Of a stretch of 64,000 nt of DNA, positions 1 to 9,362 are shown piece by piece; the stretch's first letter is position 1, and each line of letters starts with the position of its first letter. The position numbers and the translations under genes are program-made. Source of the DNA: a virus (taxonomy: Duplodnaviria; Caudoviricetes); IMG/VR virus record IMGVR_UViG_3300029288_000092, positions 32,001 through 96,000 of that record; one strand, 5' to 3'. The notes beneath the pieces are model-generated. The model saw only the letters and a list, made by a program, of their open reading frames with translations. It searched no databases and was not told the origin of the DNA.

Positions 1-2976
1 TCTGGAGAATCCAAAATTTGTAGCTTCTGGTTGTGTTGTTGGTAATGCCACCATATCCGATGACAATGCTTCATAAACATTTGTAAGAGTTGGATTTGCA
101 ATAAGTGATCTTGTAGCTGCTCCAGCATTACCATAAATTCTAGTAGATTCTCCGATTGTGTCTTGCCATAGAATCAAAACATCATTTGTAGCATCAACTG
201 AATCCAATAATGTTGTAGTGGTAGATATTGCTATATTACTATCAGCCACAATTTCTGCGCTAATATTTGCTAATGTTGCGTTAATATCTGCACCAATTGA
301 AAAATCAGTTCCAGCAATAAAACTTTCTGTGTTAGTTCCATCATATAGTGAAATAGTATCGCCAGTTTCCAAATTAGCAGATAACTTCAACACCTGTGCA
401 GCATAAATACCACCAGATGCTCCATCAACTAATTGATCACTAATAAGTAAAATTTCTTTCCATAATTTACTAACAGCAGCAACTGCTTGAAGCTGACCAT
501 AATTAACAGCATCACCCGGATTTGCACCATCTGCTAAATTGGTTATGCTATTGGAATCCATATCAATGTCACCAGACATGGTTCCACCAGCAAGCGGCAG
601 ATAATCTCCGGTCATCGAATCATATATTTCAGCTAATACCGCTTCAACATTTTCTCCAGTAAATCTAGTACCAGAATCAACCACGGGAACATCATCTGCT
701 GCAACTTGGTTTCCGGTAGTTCCCCAATCAATTTCTGCAGAACCAACTGCATCTGCAGCAATTTGATCAGTATCAACTGCAGAATTGGCAATTCCGAGTG
801 AAAGTGTTTTAGTTGAAGCACTTCCGGTGATAGTTAAATGTGTTGAAGTTATACTCATTGTATCGGATCCAGATGCTGTCAAATTATCGCCGATATCAAC
901 ATTAAATGTTTTCCAAGCATCTACAACTACGGAACCAATACTATCTCTTAATTCTTCTAAGGCACCATCAACATCAGTTGCAGTCCCTTCCCATGCAGTG
1001 CCAACAGGGACATCATCTGCTGCAACTTGAAACACATCAGTTCCCCAATTTATCTGAGTATCTTTAATTCCATCTGCTTTAACTGTGACTTGGCCAGTGG
1101 AAAATTCCATAGTGGTACTATCTATACTAACATATAAACTTCCATCTGTATATTGCAAAAGACCATTTCCAGCTCTAACAACATCCGCATTTAATTTAGC
1201 AGCGGTAACATTATCATCTATTATTTTAATGGTGCTTACAGAATTTGATCCCAACTTACTTTGTGTTATTCCAGAATCTTTAATACGAATAGATGCTGGC
1301 GTAGCAGAACTCGGAACATAACTTGGTTCCACAATATTATCAATTGCGCCACCCAGTGTTGCAGTTCCCCATTTGCCCATATAATTTGAACTAATCTCTA
1401 TTTTTAACGCTTCAAGTGATGCGTTGCTACTTGTCCAGGATGCATCACTTATCACTTCTACACTATCAACTGTTACATCTGCTAACTTATTTGTATAGTC
1501 TAATGTTACACCAATTGATAACCCGGATGCTGCTTCAGCAATAGTTGCAACAGCTGCAGCAGAACCTATTACTCCTTCATCTCCTTCTTTTTTGCCTTCA
1601 TCCATTTTTGACAAATACAAATTGACGTTTCCGCTTCCATCTGCTGATAAACTCAATCTGAATTCTGCTGTTGTCCCTGCAACATCAGTCCAAATTATAT
1701 AAGCGGTTGGATTTTCATATACATTATTAGATTCCAAAAATAAATCTGCAGAAAAAGAGTAAGTCCCAGTTGAAAATGGATCAATTTTTGATATAATAAT
1801 TCTATCAAAAGCAGAATCTGTTACTCTATATCCTGCACTAAGACCAGTTTCACCAGTTTTATAATCATCGTTATATAGTAATGAAGAATAACCAGATACT
1901 AATCTCCAATCATATTCTGTATCCGATCCATCGCCAACCCAACTCGTGGATGAAACTGCATTACCATCAACTCCGTCATCAAAATCATCCCAATCTGGAG
2001 GTTGCTGCGCATCGACCCACTCAATTGTTGAATCATCAACTTCATTTTCCAGAATAAAATTTCCAGATGTATCAAAATTATTACTTACAATCTTGGCACC
2101 ACTGACGAATGTCAAAGAAGTGTTTCCAATATTGGTAATATCGTTGCCATTCATATTGATGTCGCCCGACATTGTTCCACCGGCAAGTGGTAGATAATTA
2201 CCAACTGAGTCTCTTAATTCTTCTAAGGCACCATCAACATCAGTTGCAGTTCCTTCCCATGCAGTGCCAGTCGGAACGGATGCAGCATTAATTTGATTGG
2301 TACTGGTTCCCCAATCAATTTCTGCAGAACCAACTGCATCATCAGCAAGATGTTCTGTGTCAATTGCATTATCGGCAATCTGTGATGAACCAATACCATC
2401 GGCCTTAACTGCTACTTGATTTGAGCCATTAATTTCAATAGTAGTGTCATCAACTTTAACATCGAGCACTCCGGTTGTTAATCCAAGACCATCTCCAGCA
2501 AATGTGGCAGCAATATGAAAATCTGCACCAGCTGGTAAATATGACGTAATACTTAAAGAATTATCACTAGACGTGAATGCTAAATCGCCACCATTATCGG
2601 TTGCTGATACCTGAGATAAATCCGGAAAAGTAATTGTTTCAAAAAAATCACCAGAACCAATAGCACTATCAACATAAGATTTGGTAACCAGATCGGTGTC
2701 ACTAAATGTTTCTGCGGTTGTTGAAATAGTATAAGCCCCTATGCTCCAATCAGCACTTAGACTTCTGGTTCCATCAACTAATACAAAATCACTTTCACTT
2801 TTACTACCAACTTTATCAGCATTTAAATTTGTAATAACTCCAGTGTATGATATTGTAATAGGTGCAGCAACAGAATCATTTAAAGTAACACTCTTGACTT
2901 GAATAGAGTCATTAGTTTGATCATGCTTTTGAAATTCGCCATTTGCATTTAGCTTGATAAATTTTACATCAGCCAT
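1..2976 (-). CDS. Tail fibre-like structural protein, >990 aa, runs off the window (absent from the ORF track)
   Basis: ATG at 2976 with a GGAGG RBS. Manual translation gives MADVKFIKLNANGEFQKHDQTND...; fibre motifs YLPLAGGTMSGDINM, ITNLADGANPGDAVNYGQL, IADNAIDTEHLADDAVGSAEI. No stop seen before base 1. Confidence 0.85.
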   Translation of the reverse strand, partial: MADVKFIKLNANGEFQKHDQTNDSIQVKSVTLNDSVAAPITISYTGVITNLNADKVGSKSESDFVLVDGTRSLSADWSIGAYTISTTAETFSDTDLVTKSYVDSAIGSGDFFETITFPDLSQVSATDNGGDLAFTSSDNSLSITSYLPAGADFHIAATFAGDGLGLTTGVLDVKVDDTTIEINGSNQVAVKADGIGSSQIADNAIDTEHLADDAVGSAEIDWGTSTNQINAASVPTGTAWEGTATDVDGALEELRDSVGNYLPLAGGTMSGDINMNGNDITNIGNTSLTFVSGAKIVSNNFDTSGNFILENEVDDSTIEWVDAQQPPDWDDFDDGVDGNAVSSTSWVGDGSDTEYDWRLVSGYSSLLYNDDYKTGETGLSAGYRVTDSAFDRIIISKIDPFSTGTYSFSADLFLESNNVYENPTAYIIWTDVAGTTAEFRLSLSADGSGNVNLYLSKMDEGKKEGDEGVIGSAAAVATIAEAASGLSIGVTLDYTNKLADVTVDSVEVISDASWTSSNASLEALKIEISSNYMGKWGTATLGGAIDNIVEPSYVPSSATPASIRIKDSGITQSKLGSNSVSTIKIIDDNVTAAKLNADVVRAGNGLLQYTDGSLYVSIDSTTMEFSTGQVTVKADGIKDTQINWGTDVFQVAADDVPVGTAWEGTATDVDGALEELRDSIGSVVVDAWKTFNVDIGDNLTASGSDTMSITSTHLTITGSASTKTLSLGIANSAVDTDQIAADAVGSAEIDWGTTGNQVAADDVPVVDSGTRFTGENVEAVLAEIYDSMTGDYLPLAGGTMSGDIDMDSNSITNLADGANPGDAVNYGQLQAVAAVSKLWKEILLISDQLVDGASGGIYAAQVLKLSANLETGDTISLYDGTNTESFIAGTDFSIGADINATLANISAEIVADSNIAISTTTTLLDSVDATNDVLILWQDTIGESTRIYGNAGAATRSLIANPTLTNVYEALSSDMVALPTTQPEATNFGFSR
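719..2340. repeat. Dispersed intragenic direct repeats (719-753 = 2306-2340, 35 bp identical; 944-1003 ~ 2210-2269, 59/60 bp)
   Basis: Direct sequence comparison; the repeats encode duplicated fibre segments (DAVGSAEIDWGT; GTAWEGTATDVDGALEELR). Confidence 0.9.
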
Positions 2977-3008
2977 TTAAAATACCTCCAATTTTTTTTA
3001 GAAAAAAA

Positions 3009-3569
3009 CTACGAAATTTCCAAAGGTTCATTTTTTATAAATTCGATAGATTCAATAACATTATCCATAATTCTTAATATATTTTTTCTATTTTTTATTT
3101 TTTCATAATATTGAATATATTTATTTTTAGATTCTTCTATTGTATTTTCTAACAATATTTTATCAACATTATTTGCATTTTCATTTTTTAATATATATCC
3201 AGAACATAATTCATCATTTATTTTTTCAGATATTCCACCTCCACAATTATATAACAATTTTAAAGAAGGATAATTAAAAGATTTAACAATGTATTTTATT
3301 TTGTTTACATTAATTAAATTAAATAATAATTCAATAGATTTTTTTCCAATACCCTTTCCAGAATATTTTGGAAAAACACATATACACAAGGAATCATTAT
3401 TACGGATATATTCTATAAAACCAGCAATATTTTTATTTGACATTATAGTAAAAGAATAAGAAAGAGGAACTTTCTTTCCAGTTCCTATGAATGGATAATA
3501 ATATCTAGCAGCGATTTGCATAAGAATATCATCAACTCCAGCTTTTAAAGATACATTTATATTTTGCAT
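3009..3569 (-). CDS. GNAT-family acetyltransferase-like protein
   Basis: VFPKYSGKGIGKK (acetyl-CoA motif A) and NYPSLKLLYNCG (motif B). Confidence 0.7.
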   Translation of the reverse strand: MQNINVSLKAGVDDILMQIAARYYYPFIGTGKKVPLSYSFTIMSNKNIAGFIEYIRNNDSLCICVFPKYSGKGIGKKSIELLFNLINVNKIKYIVKSFNYPSLKLLYNCGGGISEKINDELCSGYILKNENANNVDKILLENTIEESKNKYIQYYEKIKNRKNILRIMDNVIESIEFIKNEPLEIS

Positions 3570-3576
3570 ATGAAAA

Positions 3577-3822
3577 TTATTTACTTTCTACTATTTTCAG
3601 ACCCATATTTTTTACACTATTCATTGCACTATCAAATGATTTAAATCCTTCATTCTCAGATATTATTTTTCCAGATTTATCATAAAATATAATACTATAA
3701 TGTTGAGTTCCTTCTTCAGTAACACCTCCTTTAATAACTGATATAGACCCAATATTACTATAAGGAATAAAAATTGCTTCATCTCCATAATTTTTAGAAA
3801 GAATTAAAAAATTTTCACACAT
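3577..3822 (-). CDS. Hypothetical protein (likely start MCENFL at 3822)
   Basis: ORF with an AAGGAG RBS before the ATG at 3822. Confidence 0.55.
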   Translation of the reverse strand: MCENFLILSKNYGDEAIFIPYSNIGSISVIKGGVTEEGTQHYSIIFYDKSGKIISENEGFKSFDSAMNSVKNMGLKIVESK

Positions 3823-3835
3823 ATTTATACTCTCC

Positions 3836-4897
3836 TTAATCCTTAGATGCCCAAATATATCTTTCACCGCTGGCGCCATTTATCACAGCTGCCTGAATAT
3901 TTCCTGTTGAGGTCATAGAAACACTTGACCAATTTCTACCACCATCAGATATGAAGTTAGTTAAATTTATCCAAGTTGCTCCATAATTTGATGACCCCCA
4001 TATATTCCCATTAGTTCCGGATGTTCCACTAGAGACCGCAGTTTGATATTTACCATCTGATGATACGGATATACCCCTCCAAACATAATAAAGACTTGGT
4101 ATAGCTGACCAAGTTGAGCCATAATTTGAAGAAACATATATATAATCATTAACTGCAACTGCAGTCTGATATTGCCCATCAGCAGACATGGAAACACTTG
4201 ACCAAGACCGTGTAGCATCTGATGTTAATTGTGACCAACTAGCTCCATAATCAGAAGATCCCCATATATAATTTCCAGAAGCAACTGCGGTCATATATTG
4301 CCCATCAGCAGACATAGCAGTTCCATTCCAGTTTCTATTTGTACTTGTTAGTTTTCCAGTCCAACTGGTGCCACTATCTGATGATATATAAACTCCAGGC
4401 CCTCCATAATTTCCTATTAACATATATGTTCCATTAGAAGAAATAGATGGACCTTTCCAACTATAAGGTGTAGCACTACCTTCAGGATCAACAGATGACC
4501 ATGACACTCCATAATTTGATGATATCCAAGTTCTTCCACTTTCTGCACCTGCTAATTGATATGCTCCATCAGACGACATGGCAACTCCTAACCAGGATCG
4601 TGTGGAATCTGATGTTAATTGTCCCCAGTTAACTCCATAATCTGATGAGCCATATATATATCCACCATAAACAACCGATGTCATATATGCTCCGTCACTT
4701 GAAATTGATATTCCATTCCACCACCTGGCGGTATTATGTATTACCTGCCAATCTAAACCATATATAGCAGGAAATGTTTGCTTCCAAGCAGATCCAGTGT
4801 ATACATACACTTCGGCATCTTTCCAATTGGTTCCATCATATATTTTAACTTCGTCCGAAGATTTCCAATTGCTTCCATCATATATATTAATAACCAT
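3836..4897 (-). CDS. Beta-propeller (BNR/Asp-box repeat) adhesin, probable fibre-tip protein
   Basis: About seven repeats of W..V.MS.DG.Y..A......I..SSDYG..W; N-terminal IYDGxNWK repeats. Confidence 0.75.
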   Translation of the reverse strand: MVINIYDGSNWKSSDEVKIYDGTNWKDAEVYVYTGSAWKQTFPAIYGLDWQVIHNTARWWNGISISSDGAYMTSVVYGGYIYGSSDYGVNWGQLTSDSTRSWLGVAMSSDGAYQLAGAESGRTWISSNYGVSWSSVDPEGSATPYSWKGPSISSNGTYMLIGNYGGPGVYISSDSGTSWTGKLTSTNRNWNGTAMSADGQYMTAVASGNYIWGSSDYGASWSQLTSDATRSWSSVSMSADGQYQTAVAVNDYIYVSSNYGSTWSAIPSLYYVWRGISVSSDGKYQTAVSSGTSGTNGNIWGSSNYGATWINLTNFISDGGRNWSSVSMTSTGNIQAAVINGASGERYIWASKD

Positions 4898-4906
4898 AAC
4901 TTCCCC

Positions 4907-7900
4907 TTACGCTGTATATTTGAAATAGACATCTCCAGCTACCATTCCACTGGAAGGAGGATCACTAGTTCCATATGTAAATCTACCATCTCTAGCATAA
5001 TAAGATGCAGTTTGACTATTCAAACATGTAGCATTTACATTTCCTGATGTATCAAATGCAGTGGATGACACTATAGAACCATCTGCAAATTTTAAAGAAG
5101 AATTATTAATATTACAAATTGAAAAATTACACATATCTAAATTACAGCAAATTTCAACAGCACCTGATGCTGGAATATTTATTTTAGTAACACCTGTTGT
5201 TTCTAAACCTAATCCATATGCATCATTATTTCCCAATGTTCTATTTGCTCCTGCAGTATCTCCACCATCACTAAAATCACCACCAGTTGGAAGAGTCATA
5301 TATGAAATTCCGTCTGCAGTAGAACATAATATACATCCATTGCAATAATTACTTGGTGTATCACATAAACTAATAAATGTTGTGCATGCTATATTGGTCA
5401 ACGAAACCCACCCAGTTCCTTTATATCCTTCAAAATCAGAACCAGACCATCTTATCATTCCACTTATATCACACCCAGAATTTCCTAATTGTATTCCACC
5501 CGTTACACATATATTTCCTTCCGCTTTTATAGAATAACTATCAACATTCCCTCTAGCGCATACACCAACTTCACCCCAGGCACAAACGCCAACAGTACCA
5601 GCACACATTTCTAAAGCAACATCATCATATATACCTATTCCAAAAACACCAATATCACCGCAAAGATAAGCGCTGACTGCTCCACTTCCACCAGTTGCAT
5701 ATGTTTCTAAAGCATACCCACCAACAGATGTTTTAACAAGATTTGCTACTGACCCAGATCCACTTTGTGTTGCTTGTATTATTGGATCAGCACAAAATAC
5801 ATTTAAATCGAGCATTGTGATATTTGCAACTGTTAGTCCCGTTCCAGATGGATTGACAACTACAAATTTATCTCCTTGACCGGTATAAGATGACATCCCA
5901 GTTCCACCCCTTGAAACACCTAAAGTTCCAGATGTTATGCATGATGTATCATGTGTATGAGATGCCAAAGCAGGGGTTGTAACAAATTCTAATGCATTAC
6001 CATCTCCATTCACTTTTAACCAACAATTAGCGGTATATGAACTTGGTGTATCAGTCAAATCAGTAAATTCTAAAGAACTTGCCGGAAGATTAGTTAATGC
6101 AGAACCATCACCATCGAAACTAGTTGCCTTTACTTGACCGTCAACTTCTAAAGTTTGTGTGGGAGTTAAACATCCTATGCCAACTTTACCGCCCATGATT
6201 GCCATGGTACTGCCTTGCGACAGCGTGTGCAAATTACCATCAAGTCCTATACCGAAGGAGTAAACCCCACTCGCCGTTGTATTTACTCCCATGGCTGTGC
6301 TGCTGGATCCCGTTGCGTGGTTTCCAAAACCAATAGCTACAGAATTATCGCAAGTGGCAGTAGCACCATTACCAATAGCAAAGGAGTAAACCCCACTCGC
6401 CGTTGTATTTACTCCCATGGCTGTGCTGCTGGATCCCGTTGCGTGGTTTCCAAAACCAATAGCTACAGAATTATCGCAAGTGGCAGTAGCACCATCACCA
6501 ATAGCAAAAGATTTGATACCGCTGGCAGTAGCACCAGCACCAGTAATGTTTCCCATCACACCTAAATTACAACATACACAGATGTCTCCGCCGCATTCTA
6601 TGCAAAGTCTAGTCTGATTGTCTGTTATGAATTCTAAAGAATAAAAATCGGTATTCCCTAGAACTCTGTTATAGCCTCGACACTCCCCCCCATTATTAAA
6701 TTCACTGGGAGGCGATGACACGATCCACTTATTAACCGAAGAAGTATAAACTAAAACATCTCCATCAGTCGGTGGCATATAAATAACATCATTCAAGTCT
6801 CGAACATTCCCACTAAAGTTAAGAGCAACCGAATCATTCATTCCAGGAAGTTCTACATTATCTATGGTCACAATTGGTTGATTTACATCACTAACAAATT
6901 GAATATGAATAGAGCCTAATGCATTTGGTGTCGTTCCAGCACTGTATGATGCCCCATTAAAGCCAGATAACGGAATCATTCCTCCACCCTGATCGACACT
7001 AATTGTTACTAAATTATTTGTTAGGTCTACATCCACTTGAATATCAAATTTATTAACAGTTACTGATGTATCTGGTGGAATTGATAACAATCCCCCGGAG
7101 TCAGTGGCTGAAATAGTCACATTGGTAGCACCCCACGTAGCAGATATCATTAATAAAAAAGTTCCCATTACTGTTTTATAATCTTGTAGAAACAACATAA
7201 TAGTTGCAGACTCATCAGGATGAAAATTGCTTTCCAACGTAGCCTTAGCTGTCCAGACACCCGATGATGTTGATTTATTAGCATTACTGGTCATCATGGA
7301 ACTACCCACTGGAACAACCAATGTTAGATCATCACCAACGCGGAATAAATTAGAACCCCCATCTGCGACATAAACAGGACTGTTTGCTACCGTGGTCCAT
7401 GCAAAATCATCCAATCCAATCCAAGGATTAATAATTGTTGTAAGAGGTTGTCCTGCAGTTTTGGAGGGGTCATCAAAATCTCCCCAATATAATGGGGCTC
7501 CCAAACAAGAAAATTGAATAGTTCTGTCATCAACTTCACCAGATAAATTTAGGCATCCGGTGGACTTAAATTTGTCCGAATGAATCTCTGCACTATCCAC
7601 AAACTTTAAAGATGAGTTTCCAATATTGCAGATATCACAACTACACATATCCAAATGTCCATTAGAAATAATACCCTGAGAAATTATGCAACCATCCACT
7701 GATAATTTATGGGATGGAGTTAAACACCCAACACCAGTATAATCCGCACCAATATATATTGTATTTCCTTGGGAGAGAACCGGTTTAGTCACAACATAAC
7801 TTTGTATTCCTAATGAACAATTTCCAGTTACACATATACTTCCAATTCCAATTGATTTATCAGCGCAAACAACAGTTCCATCACCAATAGCTACACTATT

Positions 7901-8689
7901 GCTCCCAAATAAAACCATTGCTTGATATCCAAGTGCTGCTGAATAAGGCACAGAAACAAATGAATTATTTCCCAGTGAAATAGAATCATTTGCGTTTGTT
8001 CCTGTTCCTGCTCCAGAACCATATGAAACAGATCTAAGTCCATTTGAGCATGCACCAGATCCAATAGCTGACGAATAATTACCATTAGCACAACTGGCTC
8101 CAGAAGCATATATGGAATCCGTTCCTGTTCCTTTTTTAACTGTTGGTGTCATCCATGTCAAACAAGATCCATTTGAACATAATTGACATCCATATATATG
8201 AGTTGATGGTGTATCTGTTAATTCTATAAATGAACTAACTCCACTTGGTAAATCTATTGCTTCCCAACATGAATTTGATTGGTCATAGCTTAATACTTTT
8301 CCATCTAGAAAAGATCCAGAATTTACATCATTTAATTCGTTTAAACCCAATGTTGAATTTTTCCAAGTTCCATCAATATTATATTTCAAAATCTGATCAG
8401 ATGTTATTGACGTTATTGAAACATCTTCAATATCATTTATAGATGATCCGGTAAAATCATTTATGTCTGTCCAATTATGATTGTGTATTGTAGAAGCCTT
8501 TCCATCCAAATCATCTTGTAAATTAGAAACATCTGATATTGAATGGCCATGTCCTTCAATTGATAATTCGGAAATAGTTCTAGTTTCGGCACCATCACTT
8601 AACACACCAGATGGTATATTTAAACAATCGATGGATTTTAATTCTTTTAATTCACCATCATCTATAATTAAAGGACGCTTATTAGCCAT
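4907..8689 (-). CDS. Long Cys-rich tail fibre with YadA-head-like repeats
   Basis: SxAIG/ATASG repeats, LTDTPSSY and GIGxxTP fibre motifs, C-terminal TYGTSDPPSSGMVAGDVYFKY. Confidence 0.8.
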   Translation of the reverse strand: MANKRPLIIDDGELKELKSIDCLNIPSGVLSDGAETRTISELSIEGHGHSISDVSNLQDDLDGKASTIHNHNWTDINDFTGSSINDIEDVSITSITSDQILKYNIDGTWKNSTLGLNELNDVNSGSFLDGKVLSYDQSNSCWEAIDLPSGVSSFIELTDTPSTHIYGCQLCSNGSCLTWMTPTVKKGTGTDSIYASGASCANGNYSSAIGSGACSNGLRSVSYGSGAGTGTNANDSISLGNNSFVSVPYSAALGYQAMVLFGSNSVAIGDGTVVCADKSIGIGSICVTGNCSLGIQSYVVTKPVLSQGNTIYIGADYTGVGCLTPSHKLSVDGCIISQGIISNGHLDMCSCDICNIGNSSLKFVDSAEIHSDKFKSTGCLNLSGEVDDRTIQFSCLGAPLYWGDFDDPSKTAGQPLTTIINPWIGLDDFAWTTVANSPVYVADGGSNLFRVGDDLTLVVPVGSSMMTSNANKSTSSGVWTAKATLESNFHPDESATIMLFLQDYKTVMGTFLLMISATWGATNVTISATDSGGLLSIPPDTSVTVNKFDIQVDVDLTNNLVTISVDQGGGMIPLSGFNGASYSAGTTPNALGSIHIQFVSDVNQPIVTIDNVELPGMNDSVALNFSGNVRDLNDVIYMPPTDGDVLVYTSSVNKWIVSSPPSEFNNGGECRGYNRVLGNTDFYSLEFITDNQTRLCIECGGDICVCCNLGVMGNITGAGATASGIKSFAIGDGATATCDNSVAIGFGNHATGSSSTAMGVNTTASGVYSFAIGNGATATCDNSVAIGFGNHATGSSSTAMGVNTTASGVYSFGIGLDGNLHTLSQGSTMAIMGGKVGIGCLTPTQTLEVDGQVKATSFDGDGSALTNLPASSLEFTDLTDTPSSYTANCWLKVNGDGNALEFVTTPALASHTHDTSCITSGTLGVSRGGTGMSSYTGQGDKFVVVNPSGTGLTVANITMLDLNVFCADPIIQATQSGSGSVANLVKTSVGGYALETYATGGSGAVSAYLCGDIGVFGIGIYDDVALEMCAGTVGVCAWGEVGVCARGNVDSYSIKAEGNICVTGGIQLGNSGCDISGMIRWSGSDFEGYKGTGWVSLTNIACTTFISLCDTPSNYCNGCILCSTADGISYMTLPTGGDFSDGGDTAGANRTLGNNDAYGLGLETTGVTKINIPASGAVEICCNLDMCNFSICNINNSSLKFADGSIVSSTAFDTSGNVNATCLNSQTASYYARDGRFTYGTSDPPSSGMVAGDVYFKYTA
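6255..6506. repeat. In-frame tandem duplication, 2 x 126 bp (42 aa), 1 mismatch
   Basis: 6255-6380 matches 6381-6506 except T6370/C6496. Confidence 0.95.
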
Positions 8690-8716
8690 TTAATTATCCT
8701 CCCAAATATAAATTTG

Positions 8717-8729
8717 TTTTATTTTGTTC
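8717..8729 (-). promoter_or_regulatory. Putative phage promoter motif GAACAAAATAAAA
   Basis: Intergenic, upstream of the RBS of the 8689 gene; recurs upstream of other minus-strand genes. Confidence 0.55.
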
Positions 8730-8738
8730 TATGATTTG

Positions 8739-9350
8739 TTACACTCTATCATCGACTATAGCTAAAACAGCTTCGACCGTTTCACATGCTTTAACAGATA
8801 GTATTAAGGCTGCAGACGTGTTAAAGACATATGCTTGTCTTACAGTGCCATAGTAAAAGAAGCCTTGTAATGCTGTGCTATCTACCAGCTCATAAGTATC
8901 ATTAGCTGTATTCCTGATCACCTGGGGAAACGTCAGTGCTCCTGCCTGAAAAGCAACAAACATAGCAACCCAAGTGTCCCTTGAATACTCATCAAGTGAA
9001 AAATACTGTTCACTAGTAGGAGGAAATTCAAACCCAGTTGGTTCTAAAACATTCTTATTTTTGTTGATGATGTCATCAATTTTATTGTTTTTAGCAACAC
9101 TAAGCAATCTAACATAATAAGATGTTTTATATGTCAAAACTATTTCATCAAGAGTTAGTTTGTCTCCTGCTGTCAATTCAATATCCGTAATGATTGATAA
9201 TACAGTACCGGTTGCTTCAATTCTGACAGCAATTCCAGGAAGTAAATTTAATATTGTACGTATTAATGTTAAATCATTTGGATTTATTTGATCGGTGTCA
9301 TAAAAATTATAATTTGTGTCTAGAGATCTCGTATATACATATGAAGCCAT
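8739..9350 (-). CDS. Tail fibre assembly-like protein (DUF4376-like C-terminal domain)
   Basis: AKxxKIxxI...GFEF...FSLDEYSR...RNTANDTYEL...VKACETVEAVLAI pattern; located between fibre genes. Confidence 0.6.
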   Translation of the reverse strand: MASYVYTRSLDTNYNFYDTDQINPNDLTLIRTILNLLPGIAVRIEATGTVLSIITDIELTAGDKLTLDEIVLTYKTSYYVRLLSVAKNNKIDDIINKNKNVLEPTGFEFPPTSEQYFSLDEYSRDTWVAMFVAFQAGALTFPQVIRNTANDTYELVDSTALQGFFYYGTVRQAYVFNTSAALILSVKACETVEAVLAIVDDRV

Positions 9351-9362
9351 GATTATTCCTCC

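Noticed and set aside
6255-6506. Diversity-generating retroelement TR/VR pair (the single difference is AAT vs GAT on the coding strand)
   Set aside because: Only one mismatch, both copies are tandem inside the same ORF, and there is no reverse transcriptase in the window.
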